Shown here: piece after piece, positions 34,649 to 42,575 of the stretch
Layout of the letters: every line of letters starts with the position of its first letter
Numbering within the stretch: the first letter of the stretch is position 1
Origin: Promethearchaeota archaeon
GTDB taxonomy: Archaea > Asgardarchaeota > Lokiarchaeia > Sigyniarchaeales > SOKP01
DNA length: 56,100 nt
Reading direction: 5' to 3'
NCBI GenBank assembly: GCA_013375485.1
Contig: JABXKB010000001.1
Location: forward strand, 1 to 56,100
Notes under the pieces: model-generated
Told to the model about the DNA's origin: nothing
The model's input: the letters and a program-made list of their open reading frames with translations, nothing else
Databases searched by the model: none
Position numbers and translations under genes: made by a program

Positions 34649-35380
34649 TTATTTTTTATAAGTTCGTTTTTTAGTTGGTGCTTTTTTCTTAGTTGGTGCT
34701 TTTTTCTTAGCTGGTGCTTTTTTCTTAGCTTTCTTTTTACTTTTAATATTTTTAACCGCTTCTTCTAATGTTTCCGCTTTAACATGTTCACCGCGATGAT
34801 TTTTAGCTTTTATAATTTCATATAGACTTGCAGCGTTTAAAGCAGGAACACCGACATCGTCTATTATTCCAAACTTTTTAGCCTCTTCAGCACTTAAATA
34901 AATGTCTTGGTTATCATTGTTCTTTATTATTTGTCTCATGCCATCATAACCATCTTTTATGCAACAATTTTTTGCTAATAAACCAATCCACATTTTGTTG
35001 AGTCTTTGTAGTTCTTTAGATGTATTTTTAATCTCCCTAACATTTCCTAATGCACCTGCCGACAATTCGTGTATCATTATTCTACTGCTTTTTGAGCAAA
35101 ATCTCATGTCTCCGTGCGATAATAGTATGGCGCCAGCAGACATAGCTTTCCCCACACAAACAGTTATTTTAGGATTTGGGGTTTCATCCATGGTATCTAT
35201 CATTTTAGCCATACCATCGACATTACCACCATATGAATCTATGTAAATTACAATTGGTTGATTAGGGCACTCTTTGGTTTTACTCCGCATTTGCAATCTA
35301 AATTTGTGTGATGCTTTTTCATCAAACTCATAAACCCATATTTCTTCGCCATAATCACGCGCATCAAAACGTTCGCCCAT
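34649..35380 (-). CDS. ClpP-fold serine protease with lysine-rich KKAPxK tail (paralogue 2)
   Basis: VIYIDSYGGNVDG; GKAMSAGAILL; IMIHELS; LSAEEAKKFGIIDD; tail KKAPAKKKAPTKKKAPTKK. Confidence 0.7.
   Translation of the reverse strand: MGERFDARDYGEEIWVYEFDEKASHKFRLQMRSKTKECPNQPIVIYIDSYGGNVDGMAKMIDTMDETPNPKITVCVGKAMSAGAILLSHGDMRFCSKSSRIMIHELSAGALGNVREIKNTSKELQRLNKMWIGLLAKNCCIKDGYDGMRQIIKNNDNQDIYLSAEEAKKFGIIDDVGVPALNAASLYEIIKAKNHRGEHVKAETLEEAVKNIKSKKKAKKKAPAKKKAPTKKKAPTKKRTYKK
34671..34724. repeat. 3 x 18-nt tandem repeat encoding KKAP(A/T)K
   Basis: ttag(t/c)tggtgcttttttc x3. Confidence 0.8.
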
Positions 35381-35475
35381 GTACTCTCCCTTGTTAAATT
35401 GTTTACAATATTATTATACTAAATTATAAAATTTGAATGTTATAATAGAATAATAGATTGCTTTAAAGTTTTAAT

Positions 35476-35838
35476 TTACTTTTTATAAGTTTTACCTTCT
35501 CCTTTAATAACTCCTTTAACAGATTCATCCCATAATTGAGATTTGGTATGTTTATCACAATTATTACATTTACGAAAATATCTATTGCCAATTATAATTA
35601 ACTCAAGAACCCCCTTTTCACAATCATGACATTTCCATTTTTCTTGAAGTTCTTTTTCTTTTTGTCGTTTTTTACTGGGCATTATAGCACCCTCGTCTAT
35701 TAAACCTTTTTCTTCGGCTACAGAATATCTATCCAACATTTTACGCGTTGCCTTTAAATCTCTTTTAAGGCGTTTATTTTCTTTTTTTAATCTGTCTAGT
35801 AAATCAAATTCTTTATCTGTGTAATTACCGCGTGCCAA
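35476..35838 (-). CDS. coiled-coil plus zinc-ribbon protein
   Basis: TTG start after GGGAGG; CHDCEK...CNNCDK. Confidence 0.55.
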   Translation of the reverse strand: MARGNYTDKEFDLLDRLKKENKRLKRDLKATRKMLDRYSVAEEKGLIDEGAIMPSKKRQKEKELQEKWKCHDCEKGVLELIIIGNRYFRKCNNCDKHTKSQLWDESVKGVIKGEGKTYKK

Positions 35839-36323
35839 TAAGTCCTCCCAATGTTTTTAGTGAATAGTTCTTTTATATAATACTCCCTATATATATAATA
35901 TGTTGTGCCACTCATAATTAAATATGGATGCATTATACTTATAGGTCGATATTCCGAGATCATATCTTTTGTGTGAAACAACCGTGACAATGTACAATGC
36001 GCCAACTCATGGAATAATAATTGCTCTCTAGACTGAGTACTTATTGTGTCCCAATATTCCCTATCAATCATTATAAAACGATCAAATGGTATTGGAGAAC
36101 ATACGCCAATAGGTCGCCCCGCCATTGATAACTTAAAAGCATCTACTTTGCCAAAAACTATTGTAATTGTTGGCATTTTGTAGTCTTTACCCAAAAAACG
36201 ACGCGCATCTTGATTCCATTGTTCTATATATGGAATAAAATGTTTATCTATAGTTCCACGCTTTGGAGGTGTATCTTGTATGCCAACTATCATTAAAATT
36301 ATTATTATTAGTATTTTTAACAT
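35796..36323 (-). CDS. membrane-anchored metzincin-like metalloprotease, paralogue of 23268..23846
   Basis: trimmed to MLKILIIIILMIVG (TAATATG junction); FHELAHCTL; SIMHPY; PIGVC like AVGVC. Confidence 0.55.
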   Translation of the reverse strand: MLKILIIIILMIVGIQDTPPKRGTIDKHFIPYIEQWNQDARRFLGKDYKMPTITIVFGKVDAFKLSMAGRPIGVCSPIPFDRFIMIDREYWDTISTQSREQLLFHELAHCTLSRLFHTKDMISEYRPISIMHPYLIMSGTTYYIYREYYIKELFTKNIGRTYWHAVITQIKNLIY

Positions 36324-36324
36324 A

Positions 36325-36534
36325 TTACTCATTATTAATGTGGTGATGAGAATATTTTTTAAGTATTTTAATTTCTTCATTTAAGTGGCTAATAGTTGAC
36401 CAATGGTCTAACATTATAGCGGCTAAAAAAAACAAAAAAGCATTATACATCATTATGTGATATGAATACCATATACCAATCAATAAACATATAAAAGATA
36501 CTATGCGCATAACAAATTGTATTAATCTTTTCAT
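36325..36534 (-). CDS. small membrane protein
   Basis: track ORF trimmed to ATG 36534 (MKRLIQFVMRIVSFICLLIGIW...), two TM helices. Confidence 0.45.
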   Translation of the reverse strand: MKRLIQFVMRIVSFICLLIGIWYSYHIMMYNAFLFFLAAIMLDHWSTISHLNEEIKILKKYSHHHINNE

Positions 36535-36738
36535 AATCTTTCCTTTGCATATTATTATACTTTTTGTGATATAATATAAGTATGAATAAGTGGATTTGTA
36601 ATAAATGTCATGTTGCCCGATTAGAACACCATTGGCTATATTTATGGTGGATGAAATGTCCATTGTGTGGCTATACAATATTCGACTTATATTTTATCCA
36701 TCCCAAAAACCATAAAAAAGCCCAAAAAAATAAATTTG

Positions 36739-36972
36739 TTAAGCGGGCTTCAAAATAAGCAACTTTTCAACTTCATTTTTAGTTTTAATGTCAATTTGGC
36801 CATCATTTAACCTCTTAAGCTTATAATTTGCAGGATTAGCTTCGATGACTTCATATTCAAAATTTTCTGCAACCTTTTTTAAGCTAGCATAAACAGTAGA
36901 CCCTTTACATCCACTATATTGATACTCAAATTCACTCATATTAACCTTTAATATGTCTCCTTTTTTAAACAT
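36739..36972 (-). CDS. hypothetical protein
   Basis: 77-aa ORF. Confidence 0.55.
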   Translation of the reverse strand: MFKKGDILKVNMSEFEYQYSGCKGSTVYASLKKVAENFEYEVIEANPANYKLKRLNDGQIDIKTKNEVEKLLILKPA

Positions 36973-37435
36973 CGTTGCCCCCCTTTAAAACAATATTATG
37001 AAAAACATATTGATCATGCAATTCTTTTATTCCTCCCTTTCTTAAAAATTTATTTTGAAAATAAATGAATTCAATGTTGCCACTTCCATCATATTGATGA
37101 ATTAACTTTAATTCTTTACGGGTAGTTGCTGATTTTTTTATCCAATAACTTTTCTTTATTGAATGTTTTAAACTTTTAAGCCTTAATTCAGTCAATATTA
37201 TTTCTTGATCGCGATGCTTTCCCTGGTCCCAATAGTCACTCCAAGTGTGGTGATCAAACTGACGTAAGTGCTTAGAATAGTTATAAAAAAACTTTTTATC
37301 ATACCACGGTTTTACATACATATTCCACATTTTTTTTCTTTCTCTGCCCAATTTACGAACATAATGTAATCTTTTTTTGTTTTCTAAGGTGGCATTGTAA
37401 ACTAAATAACAATGATATTCTAAGGTCAATTCCAT
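36965..37435 (-). CDS. hypothetical protein
   Basis: trimmed to ATG 37435 after GGAGAGAG. Confidence 0.55.
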   Translation of the reverse strand: MELTLEYHCYLVYNATLENKKRLHYVRKLGRERKKMWNMYVKPWYDKKFFYNYSKHLRQFDHHTWSDYWDQGKHRDQEIILTELRLKSLKHSIKKSYWIKKSATTRKELKLIHQYDGSGNIEFIYFQNKFLRKGGIKELHDQYVFHNIVLKGGNDV

Positions 37436-37475
37436 ACTCTCTCCATAAAAAATGAGCAAGCTCATATATTGTATT

Positions 37476-37559
37476 TTATTTAAATTTTTTCCAATAATAA
37501 ATTACATATCTCTTAAACCAATATTGGCGATATAAATATTTTTTAAGCCCCTTATACAT
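37476..37559 (-). CDS. 27-aa basic/aromatic micro-ORF (possible leader peptide)
   Basis: strong SD AAAGGAGGAG before ATG 37559; followed by hairpin ATGAGC-TT-GCTCAT plus TTTTTT at 37447-37465. Confidence 0.25.
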   Translation of the reverse strand: MYKGLKKYLYRQYWFKRYVIYYWKKFK

Positions 37560-37580
37560 TACTCCTCCTTTATAAAAATA

Positions 37581-37591
37581 TCGAATCGGTT
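37581..37591 (-). promoter_or_regulatory. AACCGATTCGAT-class intergenic motif, copy 7
   Basis: minus-sense CTAAAACCGATTCGATATTT; 5 nt after stop of 37596..37859, 22 nt before ATG 37559. Confidence 0.55.
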
Positions 37592-37595
37592 TTAG

Positions 37596-37859
37596 TTAAG
37601 GGTTTAATATTTCAGCTATTTCTTCATCAACTAAGAATTCTTTTAATTTATTTACGAATTCGTCTGTATAATATGATTGACGATGATATTTTTCTGATGA
37701 TAAATTCCACACTAAAATTACTTTACATTCATCTAAAGTTAAATTATTAATAACAAAATTCACTTGATCTGTTATTTCCATGTGATGACAAGAACTAGCT
37801 AAATCATCAACTTTACGCATCGTTTTAACTAAATTTTCAATTACTTCAAATTTATCCAC
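37596..37859 (-). CDS. hypothetical protein
   Basis: 87-aa ORF. Confidence 0.55.
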   Translation of the reverse strand: MDKFEVIENLVKTMRKVDDLASSCHHMEITDQVNFVINNLTLDECKVILVWNLSSEKYHRQSYYTDEFVNKLKEFLVDEEIAEILNP

Positions 37860-38073
37860 GTAATATATCCTCTATAGCTTGATTTGCTAAGCGATTTTGG
37901 TATTTTTCCAACATATCTTTATAGGTTGATAGAGCTTCTTCACGAATAAAATCATATTCAGAAACTACCATTAACTTTAATAAGGAATTTAGGCACTCGT
38001 TGATTGTTTCATCTCTCCAATCATCAAAAGTCTGATTTATGTGTTGTATTCCCATTAATGACATTTTAGCCAC
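37852..38073 (-). CDS. hypothetical protein
   Basis: 73-aa ORF; tail LANQAIEDILRG. Confidence 0.5.
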   Translation of the reverse strand: MAKMSLMGIQHINQTFDDWRDETINECLNSLLKLMVVSEYDFIREEALSTYKDMLEKYQNRLANQAIEDILRG

Positions 38074-38647
38074 GATATCGCCCTTCTATTATCTCTACAA
38101 TAGTTTTTTCAGATACTGGTTTAAAATTCCATTGATCAACTCCGACATTTATCTGTTTATCTTTTATTTTCCAAGCGTGGCGATTGTTATGGATGTGTCC
38201 ATGTATTAACCAATGATCATCGCGCCGCATTTGTTTATGCGTATATTTTTTCCACTTATCGTAACCATGCCACCATAACTTAAGTCTAACAAGCCACGTA
38301 GGGTAATAAGGATAATGGCTTAAATATACTTTATGTCCATTTAAATTAATATATATATTTTCTCTAACATCTTTAAAACCTGCACGTATCATTTGCCATG
38401 CACGTTTATCATGATTGCCATAAATTAGTATCTTATAACCATGTAGGCGCGTCAGAATATCTCTAATTTGTTTCTGATTACCCCAACTAAAATCACCTAA
38501 CACATAAACTGTGTCTGTTTTTTTTATAACGGCATTCCATTGCTTGACAATATAATCGTTCATCTCGTGGATATCTTTGAACGGACGATTATTGTGTTTT
38601 ATTGCCCTTTTATGGTAAAAATGTGTATCAGCTATAAACCATTTCAT
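38066..38647 (-). CDS. metallophosphoesterase
   Basis: FIADTHFYH, VLGDFSW, YGNHD, IHGHIH. Confidence 0.7.
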   Translation of the reverse strand: MKWFIADTHFYHKRAIKHNNRPFKDIHEMNDYIVKQWNAVIKKTDTVYVLGDFSWGNQKQIRDILTRLHGYKILIYGNHDKRAWQMIRAGFKDVRENIYINLNGHKVYLSHYPYYPTWLVRLKLWWHGYDKWKKYTHKQMRRDDHWLIHGHIHNNRHAWKIKDKQINVGVDQWNFKPVSEKTIVEIIEGRYRG

Positions 38648-39180
38648 GTTTTAATTCTACTAAAAATATTTTTACAAACGTCTTTAACGGCGCTTTTTAA
38701 GTTTTCTAATGAACCATCATTTTTTATATTAAAGTCAACAGGATAACGGTCCAATTCTGTATCACTAATATGATTATCAGTCCATTCGCCGGGCGCGCAT
38801 CGTTCTTTTCGCGTTGTATTGTCGCTATTGACTCGTATAGTAATTGTTCCATCCCACTTTAAAAAATCTGTTTGACTAATTCTACGACAATCATCAACAA
38901 TTATATTACCTCTAGTGTGTAATAATTGATCTACAAAATATTGATTAACTTTATCGCCTTTTCCATGTTCAGCCAACACTTCTCCAATTGCATCAAATAA
39001 AGGTCGGAATTTACGGTAAGGTATATCCCATCTATCATAAAAATCTTCAACTTCTTTATATATAGGGTCAGCGAAGCGTACATGTTTAAACGTAATACCA
39101 TATGTTGCTGCTTCTTGCTCTATTAATTTTCTTACAGTGGATTTTCCACTTCTAATTCTTCCAATAATAGATATAATCAT
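38644..39180 (-). CDS. deoxynucleoside monophosphate kinase (T4 gp1-like)
   Basis: P-loop GRIRSGKST; IVDDCRR; DNHISDTEL; C-term IKNDGSLENLKSAV like recalled gp1 ITNDGSLEELFSKI; start at second ATG after GGGAGAA. Confidence 0.7.
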   Translation of the reverse strand: MIISIIGRIRSGKSTVRKLIEQEAATYGITFKHVRFADPIYKEVEDFYDRWDIPYRKFRPLFDAIGEVLAEHGKGDKVNQYFVDQLLHTRGNIIVDDCRRISQTDFLKWDGTITIRVNSDNTTRKERCAPGEWTDNHISDTELDRYPVDFNIKNDGSLENLKSAVKDVCKNIFSRIKT

Positions 39181-39417
39181 TATTCTCCCAACAATATCCA
39201 TTCAGCATAAGCTTCTTGTGCGTTTAAAAAAGTTTGATGTCCAATGCATTCTCATTTAAGTACTCTTGCATTCTCTTTAGGCACAGATATTTTGTGACCA
39301 CTGTCCATCTTGACTATGTATGCCAATTCTGTTTCACGACAAACAGTTCCTATATCTCCAACCTTAATATCAAGATCTTTATCATACTCAAATATGGCCA
39401 ATAAACAAATTCTCATA
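39180..39417 (-). pseudogene. decayed small gene (frame break plus in-frame TGA)
   Basis: GGGAGG + ATG 39417 opens a frame that stops after 27 codons; a second frame runs on (…GDIGTVCRETELAYIVKMDSGHKISVPKENARVLK), hits TGA at 39252-39254, then encodes a typical tail NAQEAYAEWILLGE ending in TAATG. Confidence 0.35.
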
Positions 39418-39427
39418 TAGCCTCCCG

Positions 39428-39658
39428 TTATTGTAATATTTTGTCAATCTCTTTTTCTATTTCTTTATTTAATATAATTTTAGCTATTTTATAGGCTTGT
39501 TTGAGGGTGCAAGTTGTCACTCTATGTACCTTGTTACTTTTTAATGGACACTTGCTACTACACCCAAAATGGACACAAATAGCTCGAGCTGCAGTAGAAG
39601 ACACCCTTCCTTTATTTTCAATAACATCTTGCAATAAAGTATATTCATCGTTAGTCAT
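39428..39658 (-). CDS. Cys-containing small protein, paralogue of 22549..22788
   Basis: trimmed to ATG 39658 (MTNDEYTLL) after AAGAGG. Confidence 0.5.
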   Translation of the reverse strand: MTNDEYTLLQDVIENKGRVSSTAARAICVHFGCSSKCPLKSNKVHRVTTCTLKQAYKIAKIILNKEIEKEIDKILQ

Positions 39659-40061
39659 ATAATACCTCTTTTTCAAATGCCTCATTGCGATAAGCTTCAA
39701 ACTTTTTATAAGTTAAACACTCACCTTCAATATACCAACTTTTACTACCATCAGCAAACTCAACCGCTGGTCCATCTAAGCGATGTAACTTACCATTAAC
39801 ATACCATCGTTTACTGCCACTAGTATACTCAATTGCTGGTCCATCTAAGCGATGTAACTTACCATTAACATACCATCGTTTACTGCCACTAGAATACTCA
39901 ACCGCTGGTCCATCTAAGCGATGTAACTTACCTTCAACATACCATTCCCTATGACCATTGGCATACTCAACAGCTGGCCCATCTAAGCGATGTAGTTCCT
40001 TATCCCAATCATCATAATCTAAAATACTACCACCTAAGTAATAAAATTTATCTCTTTTCAC
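39651..40061 (-). CDS. MORN-like repeat protein, 4 repeats, array-closing tail
   Basis: 4 HRLDGPA cores; tail LTYKKFEAYRNEAFEKEVLYD. Confidence 0.8.
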   Translation of the reverse strand: MKRDKFYYLGGSILDYDDWDKELHRLDGPAVEYANGHREWYVEGKLHRLDGPAVEYSSGSKRWYVNGKLHRLDGPAIEYTSGSKRWYVNGKLHRLDGPAVEFADGSKSWYIEGECLTYKKFEAYRNEAFEKEVLYD

Positions 40062-40479
40062 CTAGTATCTCCTCTATAGCTAAACTAGCTAAGTAATCTT
40101 GCCTTTTAGGATGCGCTTCAAATTGTTCTTCAGTTAAACGTTTACCCTCAACATACCATTCTTTATCGCCATTAGCGTACTCAATCGCTGGCCCATCAAG
40201 GCGATGACATTTACCCTCAACATACCAACTTTTACTACCCTCAACATACTCAATTGCTGGTCCATCTAAGCGATGACGTTTACCCTTAACATACCATCGT
40301 TTACTGCCACTAGAATACTCAATTGCTGGTCCATCTAAGCGATGACGTTTATCTTCAATCCACCACTCTTTACTGCCATTAGCGTACTCAATTGCTGGCC
40401 CATCTAAGCGATGTAAGATTTTATCCCAACCATAATAATCTAAAATACTACCATCTAAGTAATAAAATTTATCTTTCAT
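40048..40479 (-). CDS. MORN-like repeat protein, 4 repeats
   Basis: 4 HRLDGPA cores; tail LASLAIEEILGEKR. Confidence 0.8.
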   Translation of the reverse strand: MKDKFYYLDGSILDYYGWDKILHRLDGPAIEYANGSKEWWIEDKRHRLDGPAIEYSSGSKRWYVKGKRHRLDGPAIEYVEGSKSWYVEGKCHRLDGPAIEYANGDKEWYVEGKRLTEEQFEAHPKRQDYLASLAIEEILGEKR

Positions 40480-40897
40480 TCAATATTTCCTCTATGGCTA
40501 AACTAGCTAAGTAGTCTTGCCTTTTAGGATGCGCTTCGAATTGTTCTTCAGTTAATAATTTACCATCAACCCACCATTCTTTATGGCCACTAGCATACTC
40601 AACTGCTAGCTCATCTAAGCGATGTAACTTACCTTCAAAAAACCACTTTTTACTACCATCAGCATACTCACAAGCTGGCCCATCTAAGCGATGTAACTTA
40701 CCTTCAAAAAACCACTTTTTACTACCATCAGCATACTCAATTGCCGGCCCATCTAAGCGATGACGTTTATCTTCAACATACCACTCTTTATCACCATTGG
40801 CAAACTCAGCTGCTGGTCCATCTAAGCGATGTAGTTTCTTATCCCAATCATAATAATCTAAAATACTGCCATCTAAGTAATAAAATTTATCTTTCAT
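40469..40897 (-). CDS. MORN-like repeat protein, 4 repeats
   Basis: 4 HRLD cores (last HRLDELA); tail LASLAIEEILNER. Confidence 0.8.
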   Translation of the reverse strand: MKDKFYYLDGSILDYYDWDKKLHRLDGPAAEFANGDKEWYVEDKRHRLDGPAIEYADGSKKWFFEGKLHRLDGPACEYADGSKKWFFEGKLHRLDELAVEYASGHKEWWVDGKLLTEEQFEAHPKRQDYLASLAIEEILNER

Positions 40898-41456
40898 TCA
40901 ATATTTCCTCTATAGCTAAACTAGCTAAGTAATCTTGTCTTTTAGGATGTGTTTCAAATTGTTCTTCAGTTAAATGTTTACCATCAACCCACCAATATTT
41001 ATCACCATTGGCATACTCAACAGCTGGCCCATCTAAGCTATGCAACTTACCTTCAAAAACCCATTCTTTACTGCCATTAGCATACTCAACAGCTGGTCCA
41101 TCTAAGCGATGCAACTTACCTTCAAAAAACCATTCTTTATCGCCATTAGCGTACTCAATTGCTGGTCCATCTAAGCGATGAAACTTACCTTCAAAAAACC
41201 ATTCTTTATCGCCATCAGCCCACTCAATTGCTGGCCCGTCTAAGCGATGTAACTTACCTTCAACATACCAATATTTATCACCATTAGCATACTCAATTGC
41301 TGGCCCATCTAAGCGATGACGTTTATCCTCAATCCACCACTCTTTATTACCATCAGCATACTCAATTGCTGGTCCATCAAGGCGATGTAGTTTCTTCGTA
41401 TCATCATAATAATCTAAAATACTACCGTCTAAGTAATAAAATTTATTTTTCTTCAC
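40887..41456 (-). CDS. MORN-like repeat protein, 6 repeats
   Basis: 6 cores (last LHSLDGPA); tail LASLAIEEILNER. Confidence 0.8.
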   Translation of the reverse strand: MKKNKFYYLDGSILDYYDDTKKLHRLDGPAIEYADGNKEWWIEDKRHRLDGPAIEYANGDKYWYVEGKLHRLDGPAIEWADGDKEWFFEGKFHRLDGPAIEYANGDKEWFFEGKLHRLDGPAVEYANGSKEWVFEGKLHSLDGPAVEYANGDKYWWVDGKHLTEEQFETHPKRQDYLASLAIEEILNER

Positions 41457-41805
41457 TTAGTATCTCCTCTATAGCTAAACTAGCTAAGTAATCTTGTCTT
41501 TTAGGATGTGTTTCAAACTCTTCGTAAGTTAATTCTTCACCATCAACCCACCATTCTTTATGGCCACTAGCAAACTCAATTGCTGGTCCATCTAAGCGAT
41601 GTAACTTACCATTAACATACCATCGTTTACTGCCATTAGCATACTCAATTGCTGGCCCGTCTAAGCGATGTAACTTACCATTAACATACCAATATTTATC
41701 ACCATTAGCATACTCAATTGCCGGCCCATCAAGGCGATGTAGTTTCTTCGTATCATCATAATAATCTAAAGTACTACCATTTAAGTAATAAAACTTATCT
41801 TTCAT
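41443..41805 (-). CDS. MORN-like repeat protein, 3 repeats
   Basis: 3 HRLDGPA cores; tail LASLAIEEILSEEK. Confidence 0.8.
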   Translation of the reverse strand: MKDKFYYLNGSTLDYYDDTKKLHRLDGPAIEYANGDKYWYVNGKLHRLDGPAIEYANGSKRWYVNGKLHRLDGPAIEFASGHKEWWVDGEELTYEEFETHPKRQDYLASLAIEEILSEEK

Positions 41806-42154
41806 TCAATATTTCCTCTATAGCCAAATTAGCTAAGTAATCTTTTCTTTTGGGGTGAGTTTCGAATTCTTCTTCAGTTAGGTATTTATCATCAATCCAC
41901 CATTCTTTATGGCTACTAGCGCACTCAATTGCTGGTCCATCTAAGCGATGACGTTTACCCTTAACATACCATCGTTTACTACCACTAGAATACTCAACAG
42001 CTGGCCCATCTAAGCGATGACGTTTATCTTCAATCCACCATTCTTTACTGCCATTAGCATACTCAATTGCTGGCCCGTCTAAGCGATGTAGTTTCTTATC
42101 CCAATCATAATAATCTGAAACACTACCATTTAAGTAATAAAATTTATCTTTCAT
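41795..42154 (-). CDS. MORN-like repeat protein, 3 repeats
   Basis: 3 HRLDGPA cores; tail LANLAIEEILNER. Confidence 0.8.
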   Translation of the reverse strand: MKDKFYYLNGSVSDYYDWDKKLHRLDGPAIEYANGSKEWWIEDKRHRLDGPAVEYSSGSKRWYVKGKRHRLDGPAIECASSHKEWWIDDKYLTEEEFETHPKRKDYLANLAIEEILNER

Positions 42155-42506
42155 TCAATATTTCCTCTATAGCTAAACTAGCTAAGTAATCTTGCCTTTT
42201 AGGATGCGCTTCAAATTCTTCTTCAGTTAGGTATTTATCATCAACATACCATTCTTTATCGCCATTAGCGTACTCAACTGCTGGTCCATCTAAGCGATGT
42301 AACTTACCATCAATACACCACTTTTTACTACCATTAGCATATTCAACTGCTGGTCCATCTAAGCGATGACGTTTACCCTTAACATACCACCATTTACTGC
42401 CATCAACCCGCTCAATTGCTGGCCCATCTAAGCGATGTAGTTTCTTATCCCAATCATAATAACCTAAAACACTACCATCTAAGTAATAATATTTATTGCC
42501 CTTCAT
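42144..42506 (-). CDS. MORN-like repeat protein, 3 repeats (first gene of array B)
   Basis: 3 HRLDGPA cores; ATG 42506 31 nt downstream of motif copy 8. Confidence 0.8.
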   Translation of the reverse strand: MKGNKYYYLDGSVLGYYDWDKKLHRLDGPAIERVDGSKWWYVKGKRHRLDGPAVEYANGSKKWCIDGKLHRLDGPAVEYANGDKEWYVDDKYLTEEEFEAHPKRQDYLASLAIEEILNER

Positions 42507-42535
42507 TTAATGGTCCCCTTTTTATGTGTTTAATA

Positions 42536-42573
42536 ATCGAATCGGTTGGGGTGAATTGTGGCGTAGCGGTGTC
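42536..42573 (-). promoter_or_regulatory. 38-nt box GACACCGCTACGCCACAATTCACCCCAACCGATTCGAT (contains motif copy 8)
   Basis: identical 38-mer at 44209..44246; core motif at 42537-42547. Confidence 0.6.
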
Positions 42574-42575
42574 AA

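Larger units (their letters stand above)
39651..42506 (-). repeat. MORN-like gene array B (7 tandem paralogues; an eighth at 42894..43298)
   Basis: 69-nt periodicity, six near-identical junctions. Confidence 0.9.

Noticed and set aside
39252-39254. TGA read as Trp (genetic code 4) or as a recoding signal.
   Set aside because: TGA cleanly terminates well-supported genes, for example the ligase at 32126 and several ATGA-coupled genes. The same locus also carries a frame break, so decay is the simpler explanation.
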